64,000 bases of DNA. It comes from Danxiaibacter flavus (lineage in GTDB: Bacteria; Bacteroidota; Bacteroidia; Chitinophagales; Chitinophagaceae). Shown here one piece after another: positions 21,922-31,778 of this stretch; the stretch's first letter is position 1; the number at the start of each line of letters is the position of its first letter. The notes beneath the pieces were generated by a model. That model did no database searches. It was not told where the DNA came from and saw only the letters and a list, made by a program, of their open reading frames with translations. The stretch covers positions 389,649-453,648 of the forward strand of contig NZ_JAULBC010000004.1 of NCBI RefSeq assembly GCF_041060425.1, in the 5' to 3' direction. A program made the translations under genes and the position numbers.

Positions 21922-22411
21922 ATGCTACATATTTAGTTAAATAGCGGGCTTGTCATTTTTTGAAAGGAATAAGATGTGTGCCGATGTGACTTCACTGAAT
22001 CTACACGATAAATTTATTATGGCGCTCCTTTTTTAAAAATGGATTGAGGCAAAATAGTCGCTGGTCATTGCTCAAAAAATGATAATTATCAAGACTACAA
22101 AAGCCAGCAGCTGACTTTAGCATCGCAAGTATCGTGAAATGCAATACAGGCAATAGTTTGGAAGTGTAGTCGCCCCGTTAATCTTTAATTGCAGGATAAT
22201 AATCAAGTGTAAATAGTGAAAGATGAATCATCCCAATTTCTTAAGAACATATATGTGTTGTTACAATAACAGCACTGCCTGCTCAACTTATTTAGTTAAA
22301 ACAACATCTGCATACCTGCTTCTTCAAAACATGCAACAAATCAGTTTTTATCTTTTACACCTATACTACTTTAGCCTCTTCTATTTTTATTCAATTTTCT
22401 ATTTAACTCCT

Positions 22412-23440
22412 ATGAAGAAGCTTTTTAAGAAGAGAAAATATTCAGCTGATGAATATGCACAGGGTATTCTGCAAGGTGATCGCATAATATTGAGCAGGGC
22501 GATCACATTGATCGAAAGCAAATTACACTCCGATAACGAACTTGCAGAAACTGTTTTGCAAAAGATCCTGCCGTTCACAGGAAATACACTACGCATAGGA
22601 ATCACAGGTATTCCCGGGGCGGGCAAAAGCACTTTTATTGAAGCTTTTGGAAAATATCTTACTTCTATTGGGAAGCAGGTAGCGGTGCTGACTATTGACC
22701 CTACCAGCCGGAAAACGAAGGGTAGTATTTTGGGTGATAAAACGCGGATGGAGGAATTGGCGAATGATGTGAATGCATATGTCCGCCCTTCTGCGTCGGG
22801 CGATACATTGGGCGGTGTTCATTCTAAAACCAGGGAGACAATGCTGTTGTGTGAGGCCGCCGGATTTGATGTCATTATAATTGAAACAGTAGGTGTAGGA
22901 CAGAGCGAAGTGAGTGTTAAAGGCATCGTTGATTTCTTTCTTTTGATTATGCTGGCGGGTGCCGGTGATGAATTACAGGGCATTAAGCGTGGCATTATGG
23001 AAATGGCTGATGCCATTCTTATCAATAAAGCTGATGGAGATAATATCACTGCTTGCAAACGTGCAAAGCAGGAGTATGCAAATGCATTACACATGTTTGC
23101 TCCGCAGGAAAATAGATGGAACCCCCAGGTACTGTTGTGCTCTGCTATACAGAAAATGGGTATCGCTGAAACCTGGCAGCTGATCAGGCAGTTTGAAATA
23201 CATGCAAAAGAAAACGGATCATTTAACCGGAACAGACAAACCCAAAACAGGCAATGGATGCATGATGTCATCAGCTATTATCTTCAACACAATTTTTATA
23301 ATAATGGCAGCATAAAAGATGTGCTGCCGAACCAGGAACAACGGGTTGAAACCGGCAAAACACCAGCAGTAGTGGCCGCAAAAAAATTATTGAAAATGGC
23401 AGAGGTTGCAGGTGATAAAAAAACGTGTGAAATTTATTAA
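22412..23440 (+). CDS. meaB: methylmalonyl-CoA mutase-associated GTPase MeaB (ArgK family)
   Basis: P-loop GIPGAGKST. Start moved to MKKLFKK; the 63 upstream codons are low-complexity. Confidence 0.85.
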   Translation: MKKLFKKRKYSADEYAQGILQGDRIILSRAITLIESKLHSDNELAETVLQKILPFTGNTLRIGITGIPGAGKSTFIEAFGKYLTSIGKQVAVLTIDPTSRKTKGSILGDKTRMEELANDVNAYVRPSASGDTLGGVHSKTRETMLLCEAAGFDVIIIETVGVGQSEVSVKGIVDFFLLIMLAGAGDELQGIKRGIMEMADAILINKADGDNITACKRAKQEYANALHMFAPQENRWNPQVLLCSAIQKMGIAETWQLIRQFEIHAKENGSFNRNRQTQNRQWMHDVISYYLQHNFYNNGSIKDVLPNQEQRVETGKTPAVVAAKKLLKMAEVAGDKKTCEIY

Positions 23441-23445
23441 TGGTA

Positions 23446-23624
23446 GAGGCGGGAGGCATCGCGCCTCTTTAAATTAGATACCGACATTATTCTTCAACCC
23501 AGGCGCCATATGTGGCGGGTTATTAATAAAACGACGATTATTATCATCAAGAGGCGCGATGCCTCCCGCCTCTTGATAATTAAATGCCGACAATCATGAT
23601 CGAGGCGCGATGCCTCGCGCCTCT
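23446..23624. repeat. three 22-nt GC-rich palindromic elements (REP-like) between the convergent meaB and pdxH genes
   Basis: E1 at 23446-23467 (gaggcgggaggcatcgcgcctc) and E2 at 23551-23572 are exact reverse complements. E3 at 23603-23624 is a perfect hairpin with a 9-bp stem. Likely bidirectional terminators. Confidence 0.7.
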
Positions 23625-23630
23625 ACCCGA

Positions 23631-24272
23631 TTACGGCGCTAATCGTTCAATGCGCCAATCGTTGCTGTTTACGCGAGTGTACAAAAATCTGTCGTGCATG
23701 CGGCTGCTTCTGCCCTGCCAGAATTCAATGCAACGCGGAATTAAACAATAACCACCCCAATGTGCGGGACGTGGAATGTTGTCGCCAAATTCATCAAGGT
23801 ATTTCTGGGTATTTTTATCCAGCACATCCCTGGACTGTATGATGCTGCTTTGTGGACTTGCCCAGGCACTAATACGGCTGCCTGCTGGTCTTGAATGGAA
23901 ATATTCTTCACTTTCGCTTTCTGCTATTTTTTCTATCAGGCCTTCTATGCGTACCTGTCTTTCCAGCTCTTTCCAGAAAAACAATATGGCGGCTTTATGG
24001 TTTTCAGCTATCTCAATTGCTTTGTGAGAATTATAGTTGGAGAAAAACACAAATCCGTTCTCATCAAAATCCTTCAGTAAAACGATGCGCGCATGTGGAG
24101 TTAAATTTTTGTCGCAGGTTGCCAGTGTCATGGCATTCACCTCATCTATATCGCATTTTACTGCTTCGTTCCACCATTTGTTAAATTGATCGATTGCATC
24201 CGGCGCCAGGTCCGCTTTGCTGAGTGACTGAAGTTTGTAGTCTTTACGTATATCCGCTATTTTTTTGTTCAT
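23631..24272 (-). CDS. pdxH: pyridoxamine 5'-phosphate oxidase
   Basis: MNKKIADIRKDY...HARIVLLK...WGGY: PNPOx family. N-terminal extension in the ORF track rejected. Confidence 0.85.
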   Translation of the reverse strand: MNKKIADIRKDYKLQSLSKADLAPDAIDQFNKWWNEAVKCDIDEVNAMTLATCDKNLTPHARIVLLKDFDENGFVFFSNYNSHKAIEIAENHKAAILFFWKELERQVRIEGLIEKIAESESEEYFHSRPAGSRISAWASPQSSIIQSRDVLDKNTQKYLDEFGDNIPRPAHWGGYCLIPRCIEFWQGRSSRMHDRFLYTRVNSNDWRIERLAP

Positions 24273-24418
24273 AATCACGAAGGTTAGTTTTAACAAATTT
24301 AATATACCTGCCAGGACCAATAAATGATGAATATCATTTTGGATAATGATTAAAACAAAGATAAAACGTAAATAGTTGAAAAAAATACAGCGTCCGGGGG
24401 ACGCTGCAGCGATAGTTT

Positions 24419-24600
24419 TTAACCACAGAGTGAATAGAGTTGATTCACTGAGCTGCAAGGAATAAAGAGCCTGATTGTCTGCAGAGTCAGTGAAACTCTG
24501 TGCCTTAACCCTTTTACCTCTGTGGTTAGGCTTTTTTATTAGACTACCTGCAGATACAGGAATCTCTGTGCCTTAACTCATTTACCTCTGTGGTTAATTT
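24419..24600. repeat. three copies (one inverted) of an element of about 33 bp ending in ACCTCTGTGGTTA
   Basis: Copies at 24496-24528 and 24564-24596 are direct. A reverse-complement core sits at 24419-24429. A related word, ctctgtggtt, occurs at 9916-9925. Confidence 0.6.
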
Positions 24601-24610
24601 CTTACCAGGA

Positions 24611-26938
24611 TCACTTTTTCTTCTTCGGTCTTGCAGACATTGAAGGCGGCGCATCTTCATCCTTGCTTCCCCATTGCATATTGGGCTCGGGGCCCATTTC
24701 AAGAACCAGGCTTCCTCCTTTCACCAGGTCAGCATGATAAAACCATGGTTTTGTTAACGGCTGACCGTTCAGCGTTGCAGACTGGATATACCTGTTCACG
24801 TCTGAAGTATTGTGCGCCTCAATGGTGAACGTTTGTCCGGGATAATATTCCGGATCAAGATTGATGGTGACTTTCTCAAACAACGGACTTCCTATTTCGT
24901 AAAAAGGTTTTGTTGAAGCGCCGCCATCAGTCTGGAACAATCCCATCGCGGCCATTACATACCATGCGCCCATTTGTCCCTCGTCCTCGTCACCCAGCCA
25001 ACCGTGATAAGCGGTAGCCCCATAATATTTGCTCATGATCTCCCTTGTCCATTTTTGAGTCAACCATGGCTTGCCGGAATAGTTGAACAACCAGGAAGCC
25101 TGCATGTTTGGCTGGTTACCATGGTTGATCGGAACACGGTCGTACAGATCACCTTCAGCATTGAAATTAAAGCGTGCTGACTTTTCAAAACCTTCATCAA
25201 GACGATTGTTGAATTCATCTTTTCCCATCAGGTTCAGAATGCCTTGCACATCATGCGGGTTAAAGAAACTATATTGCCATGCATTGCCTTCAAGGTAACC
25301 CGGTCCGCTAAACGACGTGCAGCAGTATGGGTTCCATTCTTTAACCCATGTACTGTCCTTGTGCTTCATGCGGATATATTTCACAGATGTATCAAACACA
25401 TTTTTATAGTTACCTGCGCGCTTAATAAACATGTCATACTCTTTCTTTTTACCCAACGCTTTTGCCATCTGCGAAACGCACCAGTCGTCATACGCATATT
25501 CCAGTGTATTAGAAACCTGCCCCTCTTCTGTTGGCACGAAACCCAACTTCATGTACGACTCAAAGAATTTATTACCCGCATATCCACCTTCCGGCGTTAC
25601 TACTCCTGGTGTGGTTTGTTGATGAAGCATAGCTTCAAATGCCTTATTTACATCAAAGTCACGAATGCCTTTTTGGTAAGCACCAACTATTAAAGGAATT
25701 TCATGCGAAGCTTCCATAATGCCCGAATATTCAATACCAGCGGGTCCTTTAGGAAGCCATCCGCCTGTCTTGTAAATTTCCAGTAGCGACCTCACCCAAT
25801 TACTTGTGAGATCCGGATTAACAAGCGCCCACAACTGGTTAAGGTTCCAGAATGTATTCCAAAGCGCGTCACTTCCGTAAACTGGCGAATTTTTATCGAC
25901 CTGCCGTACTATTTCATTCACATCTACATACTTGCCGTTTACATCGCTCCATGTTGTGCGGGCAACGTATGATCTGTAGAGATTTGTATAAAATTTCTTT
26001 CTGTCAACATCAGATCCGCCCTCAATTTGAATTTTGCCAAGCAGGGCGTTCCATGTGTTTTTTGCATTGTCCCTTACGCCGTCAAAATTCCAGTTGAAAG
26101 GATTCATCTCTGTTTCAAGGTTCAACCTCGCCTGTTCTATGCTTACAAGCGATATTGCTGTTTGCATTAAAATAACATCGCCCTTTTTGGTTTTGAAGTC
26201 GGCATACGCCCCCATCTTTCCTTTACCTGCAATTGCAGTTGTATCTTTGGTCACTTTATTCCCTACCCAACCGCCAAAACTTTCAATGGGTCTGTTGAAG
26301 CGAACTACAAAATGCACCGTGTAATCATTCCAGCTCCACTTTTGTTTGGAGTAACCTTCAATTTCCTTGTCGCTTACTTTTGTAATTTTTGCGTCCAGTA
26401 TTTCCGCAGTATTTTCAAACGGAATATCAAGATCTAACAATATATGCGCATCCTCTTCATCTGAATAAGAAAAGCGGAAGAAGCCTGCGCGCGTGGTGCT
26501 TGTAAGTTCGGTGGTGATGTCGCCATTCATGAGTTTTACCGCGTAGTAGCCCGGGCTTGCCTGTTCTGTTTCTTTATAAATCCTTGAACGGTAACCGGTC
26601 GTCCAGCCTGTAGTTGGTCCATCTGCCGGTCCACGACGGGTGTTCAGCGCACCTACAGTCGGCATTACAGAAAGACCCGCCATCGTCCATGAATGAATAT
26701 GACTAAAGCCGCCAATATTATTAAGAGAATATTCGTAGCCTGATTTCCATACGCCTCCCTGGTTGTCAGGACTCAACTGCACCATTCCAAATGGCATAGT
26801 CGCACCCGGATTTAACATCCAGCGGGACTCGGATGTGCCGAGTAAAGGATCGGCGTAATCAACGGGTTGCTTTTGAGCAGTAGCACTCACTAAAGCAACA
26901 AAAAAAAGTGCAAAGAAGAATATCTTTTTCATGGTCAT
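24611..26938 (-). CDS. GH92-family alpha-mannosidase (copy 1), secreted
   Basis: 775 aa with a signal peptide and GH92 hallmarks. About 35-40% identical to the second GH92 at 37461-39788. Confidence 0.85.
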   Translation of the reverse strand: MTMKKIFFFALFFVALVSATAQKQPVDYADPLLGTSESRWMLNPGATMPFGMVQLSPDNQGGVWKSGYEYSLNNIGGFSHIHSWTMAGLSVMPTVGALNTRRGPADGPTTGWTTGYRSRIYKETEQASPGYYAVKLMNGDITTELTSTTRAGFFRFSYSDEEDAHILLDLDIPFENTAEILDAKITKVSDKEIEGYSKQKWSWNDYTVHFVVRFNRPIESFGGWVGNKVTKDTTAIAGKGKMGAYADFKTKKGDVILMQTAISLVSIEQARLNLETEMNPFNWNFDGVRDNAKNTWNALLGKIQIEGGSDVDRKKFYTNLYRSYVARTTWSDVNGKYVDVNEIVRQVDKNSPVYGSDALWNTFWNLNQLWALVNPDLTSNWVRSLLEIYKTGGWLPKGPAGIEYSGIMEASHEIPLIVGAYQKGIRDFDVNKAFEAMLHQQTTPGVVTPEGGYAGNKFFESYMKLGFVPTEEGQVSNTLEYAYDDWCVSQMAKALGKKKEYDMFIKRAGNYKNVFDTSVKYIRMKHKDSTWVKEWNPYCCTSFSGPGYLEGNAWQYSFFNPHDVQGILNLMGKDEFNNRLDEGFEKSARFNFNAEGDLYDRVPINHGNQPNMQASWLFNYSGKPWLTQKWTREIMSKYYGATAYHGWLGDEDEGQMGAWYVMAAMGLFQTDGGASTKPFYEIGSPLFEKVTINLDPEYYPGQTFTIEAHNTSDVNRYIQSATLNGQPLTKPWFYHADLVKGGSLVLEMGPEPNMQWGSKDEDAPPSMSARPKKKK

Positions 26939-27186
26939 GTTAAGGTTTGAGATAAACAGAAGGTCTTTTTATTTTGAAATGTTTTAGGATACAAGTTACA
27001 GAATGTTCTAATGTCCATACATATGAATCTCCTTTTTTCATTCATCCGAAAGACTTTAATAAATTTCGTCTTTGTATTATCTTCACCTACGAATAAAAAA
27101 GCGACAGCAGCCAGCAAGGCAGAATGCTGTTTTCCTGCCTGCATAAGCCCAACCTTGTTAGCAGCTACATTATTAAAAATTCAGCA

Positions 27187-27660
27187 ATGAAAAAGCTTTT
27201 GAATTTTGTGACACTTATGCTTCTGCTTTTAGTTACCGGAGTCTTTTGGGGAACATGGTTCACTTTAACAAGATCCATTGAGGAATTTTCCATTTCGGAA
27301 TTCATCCACATTGGCAAAGTGATAATAGCAAATGTGGCGTGGCCCATGAGAATTTTAATGCCTTCGTGTATCCTGTTCCTATTCCTGGCCACAATGTCTC
27401 ATCACCAAAAGAAAAGCCCCGGATTCTATCTGTCACTTTTTTCCTTATTATTGATGATTGCTACTCTACTGATCACTTTGATCGTTTTAGTTCCCATTGA
27501 CAATCAAATAAAGAGCTGGATAGCAGACAATCCACCGGCTGATTGGCAAAACATAAGAAATCGCTGGCAATTCTATCATCAGGTAAGAACTATAACTTCT
27601 GTTGCAAGCTTTGGATTTTTCACGGTCTCTTTTCTAAGTGCTTCAAAAAAAAGCATTTAA
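27187..27660 (+). CDS. DUF1772-family membrane protein
   Basis: Four TM helices. Start moved to MKKLLNF. Confidence 0.5.
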   Translation: MKKLLNFVTLMLLLLVTGVFWGTWFTLTRSIEEFSISEFIHIGKVIIANVAWPMRILMPSCILFLFLATMSHHQKKSPGFYLSLFSLLLMIATLLITLIVLVPIDNQIKSWIADNPPADWQNIRNRWQFYHQVRTITSVASFGFFTVSFLSASKKSI

Positions 27661-27885
27661 AAGTTTAGACTTTCCCCCACTGTTTGTTTTGAAAGTGATC
27701 GAAGGAACATATTCTCCGCTCCATTTTCAGATGCAGATAGAATTCGAATATTAAATTGATACAGAATAACAGATGCCTCCAGCAGCAAAACAGCATGGAT
27801 CGTATTCCGAAAAAAGGGGAAAATTACGTGCATATATTGACTCCCTTTTTTTAAAAAAAATTTGAACATTCTTTAAAGTAAAAAA

Positions 27886-27910
27886 TCCCTTCTTCGTACT
27901 GAAGAAAGGA
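27886..27910 (-). terminator. hairpin terminator (copy of the GH92 terminator)
   Basis: tcccttcttcgtactgaagaaagga with a flanking A-run on the plus strand, which reads as a T-run on the minus strand. Identical to the hairpin at 37407-37431. Confidence 0.6.
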
Positions 27911-27940
27911 TTTAAAATTTATCTGAACAGATGGATTATC

Positions 27941-28022
27941 TATTTCCCAGGAGAAGATGCCAACTCGTACTCCAGCTTGCCGCCCTTTACAATATCTTTA
28001 AACAAAACAGATGACTTTGACA
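27941..28022 (-). pseudogene. orphan 3'-terminal fragment of a GH92 gene (encodes MSKSSVLFKDIVKGGKLEYELASSPGK)
   Basis: Matches the last 25 codons of the GH92 gene at 37461. The flanking non-coding DNA plus terminator are also duplicated (27880-28022 against 37398-37545). Confidence 0.6.
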
Positions 28023-28042
28023 TCGCGGGTGGACAAACTTTG

Positions 28043-31000
28043 TTACTTCTCCACTCTTAACATAACCACTTCCAGTGCATCAATTGTTATTTCATCAGCA
28101 ACCTTGTTCAGGATATGTTCCCCCGTATTACTATATACGATGCTTTTAACCGGATATTTCCACTTCAATGCTGTTTGTTGTTTCATATCGGTTGGGTTAA
28201 ACAACGTCACTATAAATGCATTTCCCTCATCAGCAGGTTTTAACGCTGTTACAATAATATTTGGCGAGCTTAATTGTAATAAAGATTCCGCCTGCTCATT
28301 ACCGGTTGCATCAGCAACAACCAACGGCTGCAATAATGCTGTAGCAAACCTTGTCGCCTCCGCAGGATCATATTGTGAATGCGGCCGCATAGCATACCGG
28401 AATGTTATGATGCCATCCTGATAAGCTCTGTAATTTGTTTCCCAATGATTATTTAACGCCCATGAATAGAGTGTTTGTGTCTGATCAATTTTCTTTCGCC
28501 ACACATCAGGATTTGTCTGTCCACCTAATAAATTTGCAGTAACGCCCCCAACCTGAATAAGTGGTGCATCCAGGCTAGACCATGTGATACCGAAGTTATC
28601 GTTACTTACATCAACCCACCGGTTTGTTTCCAGCCAGTTTTTACACGAGCCGGGTATCTGATCTTTTTCCGGTTGCATAACACCAAAAGGTATGTCGATA
28701 TTCATTACACCGCGGGATACATTAAACGGAAATCCAAAATTTAAACTCTCTTTTCCACCCACATTTGCCCAGGCATAATCACCGGGTACGGGATTGAGCT
28801 CCGCCGGTTTTTTGTCTACAATATTTGCCACTTCAACATAATCAGCACCTGCTACCAGCCTTATTTCACGCGTTAATTTGTTAGCACCGGGAGCTTCGCT
28901 TTGCACAGATAACACAGCCATTACCGGCCCGGATTCTTTGACTTTTATTGTTACAGGTCCGTTGCGTTTAATAGTTGCTACATCATTACCGCGTAGAAAC
29001 AGGAAATCGTTTAAATAATTGCCATTTGCAGAATCAGCAAAATTATTATCAATGGCCATACATCTAAGGCTTGTTATAGCGCCGCTTGTTTTATCTACCA
29101 CTACACGTATTAAGCCGTTATCTAAAATATTATCAGTGGCAAGCACCTTCGTTGCGTCAAAGCCTACTCCGTTATTTATGGTAAAACGCTTAGCTGCAAA
29201 CGGCGCTATATCTTTTGCTACAAAAGCCAGTTCGCCGGTTGACAAACGTTGTGAAGGAAATACATTTCCAGCTGCATCTTTAACAACATCTCCATTTGCT
29301 GACTGTTGTGCAGATACAATTACCAGCCCGGTTTTCGCCCATGAGTTGGTATTCAATACATCAATGGTATTTTGTGCGCCTCTGCCGCTATAGGCCCTGT
29401 GCAAAAGAACTTTAGAAATACTATCGGCTGCCGTTGCGTAAGATTTTTTTATCTCCCACTGTTCTATTGTTTTCTGGCTCAACGGTGTGCTTACGCTTAT
29501 ATCAGCTCCCCATGTATGTTCAGAATATAGTGATACATGTTTCCATCCATTTTCAAAATCTGCTGTTGGATATTTACTACTGTTAGCCATCGACCAGACA
29601 GTTTCAGCCTGTGTTAACCTTTCGGAACTTGCCCTGTTTTGTGCAGTTTCAAAAGAAGAAGATCCTGCACCGTCCTCCCAGTAACCTGTCCAGTCACCTT
29701 TTTCAACAGGTAATGTACTTCCGTATTTATCTTCAAAGGTTTTAAATGCTTTGCTGGTAGATGTGATAATAAATTTTGGCCAGGTATATTTACTGCTCCA
29801 GTCTTTTACAAAATCGCTTATTTCTATATCCGGCACAGCATTGTCACCATGGCCTGCCCAGCGTATATAGCTTATATCGTAAGGAAAATTAATTTCTTTA
29901 AGCTTGCCTACATAGTTGGAAACAAAGTCGGCATTAAGTGCACTTACACCATGTGATAACGCATACCCACGATAAGGAATCCATACAAGCACTTTTTCTT
30001 TGCCCGAAGGAGATACCCAGTAGAAAGGTTTATTCTCCCACTTTACGAGGATATCGCCAATGCGGTCAAAGTTATTGGGCGCATTGGAAAAATATTTTAT
30101 ACCCGCGCGGGCCATGGCAGCCACGGTTCCCCATGTATTACCCGGCACATCGCTTAGCATGGCGGCATCAATTGTAACATTGCATTTATTGCCTAACTCT
30201 GTTGAATACTTAAACAGGTTTATTAATTCTTCTGGTCTGCATAAGCCTGTTAGTGTATTTACATACATGCCGTTCAACGCAACACTTCCATTTTTAACTG
30301 CATTGTAAAACGCTGCTTTCTTATCCTCACTCATGCGTTGCAGGAACAAGTCCGCAACATACGTGCCTTCTACATTCCAGACAAACCTGGCTCCCTCAGG
30401 ATAGTTTTTTGTTTTTTCTGCATACTCAATTCCTGTCAATAAATTGTTGATTTGCTTTTCTTCAACGGCTGATTGAATTTCCGTATAACCAATATCTGTA
30501 TGAGAATGTGGCAATACATAAATCGTCATTTTGGTAACAGGCTTTACGGTAACCTTTTGCGTTAACAATACCTTACCGCCTTTTTTTAGTGTTATACTTA
30601 TAACCGAGTCTTTGGTAACTTCCGGAGCTAAAATATCCGCTTGCTGATACCCTGTTGGCACAACAATATTTTGCGATAATCTCCTGCTCAGTTTTGCAGT
30701 AAGATTAGCCTGATCGCCGGTATTGGTCAGCATTAATTTTACCGGCTGGTAACTGCGGTTATTCTTTGTCTGTATAAAAGGCAGGCCTGTTGCTTCTGCC
30801 ACCGTTATATTTGGAGTAACAGCCTGTGCAGTAATTTCTGCCGGCGCCGTAAGTCTTAAATTATCATATACCATCCAGCTTCCGCTTTCTGTTGTAAGCG
30901 AAATAATATTGTTGCCCGCAATAAATTCTGTTGAAGGTATTGTTACTGTGAAAGTATATTTTTTACCACCTGTTGTATCGCCACTAATTGCTTTAGATGC

Positions 31001-31414
31001 GCCCCGCGGTACTGTTACCGTATGCTTGTTATTATTGACTGTTACGAGTAATTTTATTGAACGGCGACCAACATCTGCCAGTTGAACCGTAAAAACTGCA
31101 TCACTTTTACTACTTGCATTTTTTAAACCAAACACCACAGTAAATGTATGTTTGCGGTTACCTGCCCATCCGTCATCCGGACCGGGATGACAATAAGGCC
31201 AGTCCATTTGTTCCGATGATTTGCCTACAATAAAAAATCCGTCCTTAGAAAATTTACTGTATTGATCCGGTGCCAGTGCAAACTTGTTTTGCTTTCCACC
31301 TATCTGCCACAACAGGTTTTGTTGAGCACTTGCAGTGCCGCTATATGATCCTATTGCAACTATTACTATCAGTACAATAGTTTTTAATGTTGCAGTGGCC
31401 TTTTGTTTAAACAT
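28043..31414 (-). CDS. GH38-family alpha-mannosidase with N-terminal beta-sandwich/lyase-like extension
   Basis: 1123 aa with a signal peptide. GH38 N-domain motif LPHSHTDIGYT. N-terminal region of about 300 aa of unknown fold. Confidence 0.7.
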   Translation of the reverse strand: MFKQKATATLKTIVLIVIVAIGSYSGTASAQQNLLWQIGGKQNKFALAPDQYSKFSKDGFFIVGKSSEQMDWPYCHPGPDDGWAGNRKHTFTVVFGLKNASSKSDAVFTVQLADVGRRSIKLLVTVNNNKHTVTVPRGASKAISGDTTGGKKYTFTVTIPSTEFIAGNNIISLTTESGSWMVYDNLRLTAPAEITAQAVTPNITVAEATGLPFIQTKNNRSYQPVKLMLTNTGDQANLTAKLSRRLSQNIVVPTGYQQADILAPEVTKDSVISITLKKGGKVLLTQKVTVKPVTKMTIYVLPHSHTDIGYTEIQSAVEEKQINNLLTGIEYAEKTKNYPEGARFVWNVEGTYVADLFLQRMSEDKKAAFYNAVKNGSVALNGMYVNTLTGLCRPEELINLFKYSTELGNKCNVTIDAAMLSDVPGNTWGTVAAMARAGIKYFSNAPNNFDRIGDILVKWENKPFYWVSPSGKEKVLVWIPYRGYALSHGVSALNADFVSNYVGKLKEINFPYDISYIRWAGHGDNAVPDIEISDFVKDWSSKYTWPKFIITSTSKAFKTFEDKYGSTLPVEKGDWTGYWEDGAGSSSFETAQNRASSERLTQAETVWSMANSSKYPTADFENGWKHVSLYSEHTWGADISVSTPLSQKTIEQWEIKKSYATAADSISKVLLHRAYSGRGAQNTIDVLNTNSWAKTGLVIVSAQQSANGDVVKDAAGNVFPSQRLSTGELAFVAKDIAPFAAKRFTINNGVGFDATKVLATDNILDNGLIRVVVDKTSGAITSLRCMAIDNNFADSANGNYLNDFLFLRGNDVATIKRNGPVTIKVKESGPVMAVLSVQSEAPGANKLTREIRLVAGADYVEVANIVDKKPAELNPVPGDYAWANVGGKESLNFGFPFNVSRGVMNIDIPFGVMQPEKDQIPGSCKNWLETNRWVDVSNDNFGITWSSLDAPLIQVGGVTANLLGGQTNPDVWRKKIDQTQTLYSWALNNHWETNYRAYQDGIITFRYAMRPHSQYDPAEATRFATALLQPLVVADATGNEQAESLLQLSSPNIIVTALKPADEGNAFIVTLFNPTDMKQQTALKWKYPVKSIVYSNTGEHILNKVADEITIDALEVVMLRVEK

Positions 31415-31589
31415 AATATATTGTTGCTTTTATTAGTTAGTATAATAACGCAAAGTGTTGAAGCTTTTCTCTTTTTGGCCGATATTAATAATTCCGTTTT
31501 TTTGTTATGACCCGGGCAACAGAACTTCTATGAATCGTTCCTTGCGTCGCACACTTGCACTTTTGTTCTTTATTGAGCTATGCGAAGAA

Positions 31590-31680
31590 ATGGAACACGA
31601 ATTTGAAAGGTCAAGAACGAATTTATTATAAATCGTTCAAACCGGTCCAATTCGTTTCAAATCCGTGTTCCGAAAAGTTT
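31590..31680. promoter_or_regulatory. nested long imperfect palindrome upstream of the GH38 gene
   Basis: ggaacacgaatttgaaa (31594-31611) pairs with tttcaaatccgtgttcc (31662-31679). Inner palindrome gaacgaatttat/tataaatcgttc. Confidence 0.4.
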
Positions 31681-31778
31681 CGCAAAAAATTTTACTCCCC
31701 TATGCCTCGACCGTCTTTACCCGGTTGTAAAAAACATTCCGTACTTCGTCAATTTTTCTGTAGCAAAATAACTCATCC

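Noticed and set aside
22223-22411. 63-codon N-terminal extension of meaB
   Set aside because: It is low-complexity (LLHLYYFSLFYFYSIFY) AT-rich promoter DNA. The conserved MeaB N-terminus starts at MKKLFKK.
24273-24458. 62-codon N-terminal extension of pdxH
   Set aside because: It is hydrophobic low-complexity sequence upstream of the conserved PNPOx start MNKKIADIRKDY.
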